Of a stretch of DNA of 51,589 bases, positions 46,137-51,589 are shown piece after piece. This stretch comes from a virus (Duplodnaviria > Caudoviricetes). The translations under genes were made by a program, and so were the position numbers. The stretch spans positions 1 to 51,589 of IMG/VR virus record IMGVR_UViG_3300027743_000358, one strand, 5' to 3'. The stretch's first letter is position 1. Each line of letters starts with the position of its first letter. The notes under the pieces were generated by a model that had not been told where the DNA came from, did no database searches, and was given only the letters and a program-made list of their open reading frames with translations.

Positions 46137-47111
46137 ATGATTACGAAAAATGATTTTCCATCTTTGACTGACGACTTGCAAGAGATTTTCAATGATGTCG
46201 CCAGCAACAAAGTTTCCGCCAATATAGGTTTTAGTGTATTCAACGTATTCGATACAAATAGATTAACATACGATTACCAAATTTTACATGGTATTTCCGG
46301 TATTAAGAAAGTAGCAGAAGGTCAGGATCTTCCTGAAACAACTGGAGAAGATGGCGATTCCGCCACTTGGACACAGTCATACTACGGAGCTATTATCGCT
46401 ATTACTAAGAAAATGAGGAAATTTGATCTTTATGATCAAATCAATAGTATTGTTACATCTATTTCTGAAGATGCGTTTGACAAGGTAGATCAATCCTTAG
46501 CTGACGTTTTGTCACAGGGATGGTCAACCACATACACCGATGTCTATGGTGAAACAGTTTCCTCAGTTTGTCCAGACGGAGTGGCCCTATTCGGGACACA
46601 CTCAAACCCAGTATCTTCTACAACCTTCAGTAATATTATCACTGATGGCACAACCACAAACCCAACACTTTCTAGAGACGCATTAGTCTACATGAGAGCA
46701 CATGGCTTGAAGTTCAAAGATCCAAATGGAATAGTTAGACCTGTCAATTATGACACTTTGATTATTTCTCCAGATCTAGAGGACTTAGCCGAAAGAATTA
46801 TATATTCTTCCAGCATTCCAGGTTCCGCCAACAATGATATTAATCCATTGAAGGGGAAGATTACCAAGGTTATTGTTTGGCCAAGATTAGCTACAGCCGG
46901 AGATGGCACAAGTTTTGTCAATCAATGGTTCTTAGCAGAATCTAGCAAACTTGGTGAAACCTTAAAATGCTTATTCGCTGAAAGACCATCTTTAGATGCC
47001 CCAGAAGAAGTTTACGAAAACAAAAACTGGAAGTATTCTATCGATTTCTATTACACAATAGGAAGAGGTTATCCAGCTTATATAGCCGGTTCACAAGGAG
47101 ACAATACCTAG
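46137..47111 (+). CDS. Major capsid protein (HK97 fold, Mu gpT-like)
   Basis: KVAEGQDL, YGAIIAITKKM..FDLY, PDGVALF..H, LIISPDLE..AERI, ANNDINP, WFL. Confidence 0.85.
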   Translation: MITKNDFPSLTDDLQEIFNDVASNKVSANIGFSVFNVFDTNRLTYDYQILHGISGIKKVAEGQDLPETTGEDGDSATWTQSYYGAIIAITKKMRKFDLYDQINSIVTSISEDAFDKVDQSLADVLSQGWSTTYTDVYGETVSSVCPDGVALFGTHSNPVSSTTFSNIITDGTTTNPTLSRDALVYMRAHGLKFKDPNGIVRPVNYDTLIISPDLEDLAERIIYSSSIPGSANNDINPLKGKITKVIVWPRLATAGDGTSFVNQWFLAESSKLGETLKCLFAERPSLDAPEEVYENKNWKYSIDFYYTIGRGYPAYIAGSQGDNT

Positions 47112-47117
47112 TTCTAG

Positions 47118-47180
47118 GTAACTAATCCGCTTGAAGTTGTTTCTGTCCGAGACATTCAAGCGGGTAGGACAGATAGTTAC
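47118..47180 (+). ncRNA. Pseudoknot / switch-like RNA after the capsid gene
   Basis: GTAACTA/TAGTTAC, ATCCGCTTGAA/TTCAAGCGGGT, TGTTTC/GAGACA; apical TCTGTCC complementary to bulged GGACAGA. Confidence 0.6.
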
Positions 47181-47197
47181 AATTAATATATAAACAT

Positions 47198-47488
47198 ATG
47201 GAAGTTAGTTTAGACTGGGCAAAATTGCTCATGAAAGATAGAGTAAAGGCTATTGGTATTCCCTGGACAGCAGAGGAATTAAAGGCCTTGCAAAATGGAA
47301 TGACTCCGGAACAGGTTCGAGCCGGTATCTTGAAATCAGAAGATGAGGTAAAAATAGACGACGAACTATCAATGCTTACAAAGGGAGTTTTAGCAGATAG
47401 GGCCAGAGAACTTGGAATAGAGTTCTCAGAGAGAGAGGTTACTAGAGGAGACCTAATTCTAGAGATTAAAAAAGCGGAACTTAAATAA
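47198..47488 (+). CDS. Protein with C-terminal Rho-N/HeH-like domain
   Basis: LSMLTKGVLADRARELGIEF...TRGDLILEI. Confidence 0.6.
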   Translation: MEVSLDWAKLLMKDRVKAIGIPWTAEELKALQNGMTPEQVRAGILKSEDEVKIDDELSMLTKGVLADRARELGIEFSEREVTRGDLILEIKKAELK

Positions 47489-47580
47489 TTAACGACAAAA
47501 GGAGCGGTTGTCAAGTCGAAGGAGACAACCTTAAACCCAAAATCGCCCGTTCTTTCTTCGCCAAGTACGGGAATGCTGGA

Positions 47581-47883
47581 ATGCGAAGCGAGTTGTTACA
47601 TTTACAGAGGAATCATTCTACAAAATCTGAACGTAGGATATCCGAAATATTAAAGAAGAACCACATAAAGTTTTACGCAAAAAGACGTATAGGAAAATAT
47701 GAGGTGGACTTTTTAATAGGCAAGATGATATTGGAAGTTGACGGTGCTGTACATCGTGACCAGCCCATAGACCGAGACCAATATTTTCTTTCTAGTGGGT
47801 ATCTACCGGTTCATATCGATAATGGTCCCTATGATATACAATTCGAGCAAGACTTAATTCATTTTATCGAATTAAATGGATAA
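47581..47883 (+). CDS. DUF559 / Vsr-like endonuclease
   Basis: TKSERRI..IL...IGKYEVDFLI...ILEVDG..H....RDQYF..SGY. Confidence 0.8.
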   Translation: MRSELLHLQRNHSTKSERRISEILKKNHIKFYAKRRIGKYEVDFLIGKMILEVDGAVHRDQPIDRDQYFLSSGYLPVHIDNGPYDIQFEQDLIHFIELNG

Positions 47884-50035
47884 TACAAATTTCAACAAAA
47901 CTGGGTTTGGTTGGCTAGAGTTAAAAGACTATACATCCAATCCTACAGATACTAGCACAAAATATGCTGGAATCTGTTCAGTAAACGGAGCAGCGATGTT
48001 CTGGAATAAAAGTTCCTGGGCCGCGATTGCTTCTGGTGGATCGTCTCATGCGATGCTTTCTTCAACGCACACAGACTCTACCGCAGGAACATGCACAAGG
48101 GGAGATATTATAACTGCCCAGGGTGCAACTGCAAAATGGACCAGATTGGCCAAGGGAGATGCAAATAAGTTCCTTATTATGGGAGCCGCAGAACCCGGAT
48201 GGTCAACCTATACGTTAGCATTGACTGGTAATGTTACCACCGGTGGTGCCTTAACATTTAGTGGAGCATATGCTGCCACATTCACATTGACCAACACGAC
48301 ATCAGTTACCCTTCCAACTAGTGGAACATTAATGGCTAACCCGATGTCAACCGCAGGAGCCTTGATCTATGGAGGAGTGGCCGGTGCCGCAACCTCATTA
48401 GTAATTGGAGCTGCGAATACCGTCTTGAAGACAGACGGAACAAACCCATCATGGGGAGCATTAGTTAACGCAAATATTGACGCTGCTGCTGCAATAGCAT
48501 GGAGCAAGATGGCAGCGTTAGCCTCTGCACACATCTTAGTTGGAAGTGCCGGAAACGTTGCAACAGACGTAGCACTTACAGGAGATGTCGCTATAACAAA
48601 TGCAGGACTTTCTACAGTAACTGATCTTACAATAACATCAGAAGCTGCCGGAGATCTGTTATATTTTAATGGAGTTAACTGGGTTAGATTAGCGAAACCA
48701 GGATCAGCAGGATACTTCTTGGAGGGAGGCACAACTCCCGCATGGAGCTTGCCATCATTGGCATCAGCTAGTTCGATCCAAACTGGAGCAACATTATTGG
48801 ATGCAGGAGCTAACGATGCTACCATCACCTTTACTACACAAACTACTGGTGGTGCTAGCGTAGTTGTTCCAGACTTCAATGCCGCTACAGCTTATACGTT
48901 TGCGTTTAAGAACTTCGCCCAAACTTGGACTGCTAATCAGACAGTACAGTATGGCAAACTATATTTAGGAGATAGTGATAACGGTCAGACCCTACAGATT
49001 CTCGTTAATGAGAATATGACTGGCGATAAGACCATTACTATTCAACCTAATGATACCAACAGGACGATTCACTTACACGGAGACATTGATCTAGGTGGTA
49101 CATTAACCACACTAGGAGCGTGGACCCAAACAGGGGCCCATACCATTGGGATCACAACAACTAATAATACTACCCTAACGTTACCAGTAACTGGAACGTT
49201 GGCAACATTAGCTGGGGCAGAATCTTTATCTACAAAGACATTGACTGCGCCAAAGATTGTTACCACAGATGGTATTATGGATGCAGGAGGAGACGAATAT
49301 TTAATATTTGTTGAATCTGGCACGCCGGTAAACTTCTTGACAATAACATCTGCAGATACTGGAGTTGCTCCAATGCTTACAGCAAGCGGAAGTGATGACA
49401 ATGTAGACCTAATGTTACATGGAAAGGGGACCGGAAACGTAGTCTTCACAGATGGGGCAGATATAACAGCGAAGGTTGTTGTAGAGATTGATGGTGCCAC
49501 TACTGGAAAGACAATGACATTGACTTGTTCTCATACAGATAACAGGGCATTGACATTACCAGATGCTACAGACACATTAGTTGGAAAGGCTACAACCGAT
49601 ACTCTTACTAACAAAACAATTGATTGCGATGGAACTGGAAACGTTATTACTAACGTTAACCATACCGAGCTAGATCCAGTCGGAGATGCCGCATTTGGTA
49701 TCCCATTTGTAGTAAGCAAGACAGTTGCGAACTTAGCAGAAGCAGGGACCAACATCGTTACTACTAACAAGAAATTGAGAGTATTAGATGCTTGGTTTGT
49801 CGCTACAAGTGCAGATTCTGGAACAATAGCTGTTCATGCCGGACAGGTTGGATCAGTAGGAACTGCCATAGTAGACGCCATAACTGTTGCTGCCGCAGAC
49901 AAGGGAGTTTCAAGAGCTGCATCTATAAATGATGCTGCATGGGACTTATCCGAGGACGGCGGATTGGTAGCTGTCGGAGATGGCGGTGCCTCTATCGACG
50001 GAACCATATATGTGATGTGCATGAGAATTAACTAA
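47876..50035 (+). CDS. Fibre-like structural protein (head fibre / whisker)
   Basis: Ala/Gly/Thr-rich; repeats GDII/GALIY/GDLLY and TLPTSGTL/TLPVTGTL/TLPDATDTL. Confidence 0.7.
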   Translation: MDNTNFNKTGFGWLELKDYTSNPTDTSTKYAGICSVNGAAMFWNKSSWAAIASGGSSHAMLSSTHTDSTAGTCTRGDIITAQGATAKWTRLAKGDANKFLIMGAAEPGWSTYTLALTGNVTTGGALTFSGAYAATFTLTNTTSVTLPTSGTLMANPMSTAGALIYGGVAGAATSLVIGAANTVLKTDGTNPSWGALVNANIDAAAAIAWSKMAALASAHILVGSAGNVATDVALTGDVAITNAGLSTVTDLTITSEAAGDLLYFNGVNWVRLAKPGSAGYFLEGGTTPAWSLPSLASASSIQTGATLLDAGANDATITFTTQTTGGASVVVPDFNAATAYTFAFKNFAQTWTANQTVQYGKLYLGDSDNGQTLQILVNENMTGDKTITIQPNDTNRTIHLHGDIDLGGTLTTLGAWTQTGAHTIGITTTNNTTLTLPVTGTLATLAGAESLSTKTLTAPKIVTTDGIMDAGGDEYLIFVESGTPVNFLTITSADTGVAPMLTASGSDDNVDLMLHGKGTGNVVFTDGADITAKVVVEIDGATTGKTMTLTCSHTDNRALTLPDATDTLVGKATTDTLTNKTIDCDGTGNVITNVNHTELDPVGDAAFGIPFVVSKTVANLAEAGTNIVTTNKKLRVLDAWFVATSADSGTIAVHAGQVGSVGTAIVDAITVAAADKGVSRAASINDAAWDLSEDGGLVAVGDGGASIDGTIYVMCMRIN

Positions 50036-50043
50036 GATTGATA

Positions 50044-50084
50044 CTCTACGAGGGAGACCCTCGACCAGTCTCCCTCCGGTAGAG
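50044..50084 (+). other. Intergenic hairpin
   Basis: CTCTAC-GAGGGAGAC-loop-GTCTCCCTC-CG-GTAGAG, ending 7 nt before ATG 50092. Confidence 0.55.
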
Positions 50085-50091
50085 AAATATA

Positions 50092-50292
50092 ATGCCCGCG
50101 ACCTCGAAATCACAATTTAGACTTATGGCAGCGATATGCCAAGGAAGTTATCCAGACGGATATAGGGGAATCTCTAAAAAGGTTGCCTGTGAATTTGTCA
50201 AAGGACAACACCCAGACGGTCTGCCGCAGAAAAAGTCTAATAAAAATAATTATAATAAGAATACGCACTATAAAGTTCTTTATAAGGGCTGA
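50092..50292 (+). CDS. Small basic protein (MPAxSKxQxRLMAA type)
   Basis: MPATSKSQFRLMAA...GISKKVACEF. Confidence 0.65.
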   Translation: MPATSKSQFRLMAAICQGSYPDGYRGISKKVACEFVKGQHPDGLPQKKSNKNNYNKNTHYKVLYKG

Positions 50293-50306
50293 TAGTGTTA
50301 ATATAT

Positions 50307-50729
50307 ATGGACAGATCATACACGCCAGGAATGGTATATAATCCAACGTTATTATCAGCGGTTGGGGTTTCTACTTCTCCGTTGACAGTTACGTCAGCTA
50401 CTCAACCTGTAGCAGGTGCTAAGGGTGTTGGGTTTGAACTTACTGGGGCTAGTATCACTACCAGATCCGCAGTATTCACAGTGACTGCTTCAATGGATGG
50501 GGGGACAACATATAACGCATATTCTATGCTTATAAGTAACTTAGCCAATACCAACAGTCAAACTCTAACTAGGGTCGCATCTATTACAAGAGCAGCTACA
50601 GGAACCGATATGTGTTGGATGACGCCAGAGACATTATCTGGAATCACGCATATTAAAGCGACATTAGTAATAACCGATACTGGTACTCCGGCCGGGACGT
50701 TTACTGTCAAAGCCGTGGTAACCTATTAA
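50307..50729 (+). CDS. Putative virion structural protein
   Basis: Thr-rich beta-sandwich with ASMDGGTTY motif. Confidence 0.55.
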   Translation: MDRSYTPGMVYNPTLLSAVGVSTSPLTVTSATQPVAGAKGVGFELTGASITTRSAVFTVTASMDGGTTYNAYSMLISNLANTNSQTLTRVASITRAATGTDMCWMTPETLSGITHIKATLVITDTGTPAGTFTVKAVVTY

Positions 50730-50762
50730 AGGTCAATTGTAAACAATTAAATATAAAACAAA

Positions 50763-51326
50763 ATGGCAACATTTACATGGTATTTACAAGGGGCTACGCC
50801 AACAGAAATTGAGGCTACAGACAAACTTCAATTTGCTGCGGGTACATTCGATAGCAAAATTACCGTAGACGAATATAACGCGTCTACTCACGTTAAATCG
50901 GCAGGGGACGCAGATGATTCTGCAGCCAACACACCAGTTAACGTTAAATTTATATCACAAGCTGGAGGAGGAGGTGGAGCTTCGCAAGCAGACTGGGGAG
51001 ACGGTACAGAAGATTTAGATGCTATTACTGATGCAGAGTGTACACTGAAGATCAACTTCTCTGACGCGACATCAGTTATTACCGAAGACTGTGTCTTCTA
51101 TGCATATGATGGATCTACTCCAGCTACGGCTATGGTAGAGACAAATTTCGTAGCCGCAGAAAGTGGAGACGCTAACTGGACAGTGGCTAATGGAAGCGGC
51201 GCTGCATTGGAAATTGCAGACGATACGACAGGGACATCTCACGATTATTATATCGCATGTTCTGCTGGCCCAACAGCCGTCGGTGCTAAAACAGGTAAGG
51301 CTAGGATAGAACTTACGTACAGCTAA
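50763..51326 (+). CDS. Putative virion structural protein
   Basis: Acidic, Ala/Thr-rich, beta-rich; in the structural operon. Confidence 0.55.
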   Translation: MATFTWYLQGATPTEIEATDKLQFAAGTFDSKITVDEYNASTHVKSAGDADDSAANTPVNVKFISQAGGGGGASQADWGDGTEDLDAITDAECTLKINFSDATSVITEDCVFYAYDGSTPATAMVETNFVAAESGDANWTVANGSGAALEIADDTTGTSHDYYIACSAGPTAVGAKTGKARIELTYS

Positions 51327-51348
51327 TAATTAAATAACAACGAGGCTT

Positions 51349-51589
51349 ATGAAGACTCCAAATGTTAAATTCTCTGTGTCCTTATCTAATGGAGAAACCC
51401 TATATGAGGGCAAGGACGAACTAGCTATAATCGAAGGGGAGTTGTCACCATGGCAACGACTCAAAGCGAAATTAAATGATGTAATAAAGATTACGTCTAT
51501 TTCGCTTTATACAGATGATAATAGAAGATTTAATTTACCAAGTTTAGGAAAGAATCCTAAGTTTAAGGTTTTTTGCGGTGCCGATCAAC
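51349..51589 (+). CDS. Hypothetical protein, 5' part; continues across the circular join to TAA at 304-306 (~136 aa)
   Basis: Hand translation MKTPNVKFSVSLSNGETLYEG...PWQRLKAKLND...ADQ continues as PISYNFFRS...SWSLIIN*; absent from the ORF track. Confidence 0.8.
   Translation, partial: MKTPNVKFSVSLSNGETLYEGKDELAIIEGELSPWQRLKAKLNDVIKITSISLYTDDNRRFNLPSLGKNPKFKVFCGADQ
51453..51589. repeat. Terminal overlap, copy 2
   Basis: Repeat of 1-136 with one extra A; this copy keeps the junction-spanning ORF in frame. Confidence 0.95.

Noticed and set aside
892-50346. Minus-strand ORFs in the supplied track, including 21946-22665 (239 aa)
   Set aside because: Nearly all are antisense shadows of well-supported + strand genes, with no recognisable motifs and no minus-strand promoter found
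312-51326. Stop-codon reassignment (code 15 or 25)
   Set aside because: Genes are full length in code 11, and TAA, TAG and TGA all end genes directly before the next start
1-51589. Temperate lifestyle module (integrase, repressor, att)
   Set aside because: No tyrosine or serine recombinase and no divergent repressor pair recognised

Overview
The window is most likely a complete, circularly assembled ~51.45 kb tailed dsDNA phage genome. Bases 1-136 recur at 51453-51589 with a one-base indel, and one ORF reads across the join. Credible genes are all on the + strand and use the standard code. The layout is podovirus-like. A packaging/head block (TerS, TerL, portal, scaffold, capsid, 40056-47111) leads into fibre, tail and ejection genes (47876-51589 and 1-20667). 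Next come a GC-rich, Shine-Dalgarno-led island (metallophosphoesterase, HNH-like), a lysis block (intein-split papain-like peptidase with SH3b, lysozyme-like protein, holin), a replication block (PD-(D/E)xK nuclease, SSB-like, initiator, DnaB-like helicase) and many small early genes. I saw no integrase, DNA polymerase or CRISPR array. AT-rich starts without SD and DUF2341/DNRLRE virion proteins hint at a Patescibacteria-like (CPR) host, but this is inference only. The most unusual signals are non-coding or very small: (1) an AAAGGTCG motif sitting 20-31 nt before start codons in place of an SD; (2) near-consensus sigma70 promoters paired with DnaA boxes in two fixed geometries; (3) a CCA-ended tRNA(CAU)-like RNA with a structured ~70-nt insert inside a long closing stem; (4) three related intergenic rod-like RNAs and two pseudoknot/switch elements flanking the capsid genes; (5) a 38-aa acidic peptide ending in the SSB-tail motif DIPF, next to four micro-ORFs with a shared C-terminal tag; (6) a stand-alone FtsK-gamma domain. 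All protein family calls come from motifs recognised by eye, with no database search.
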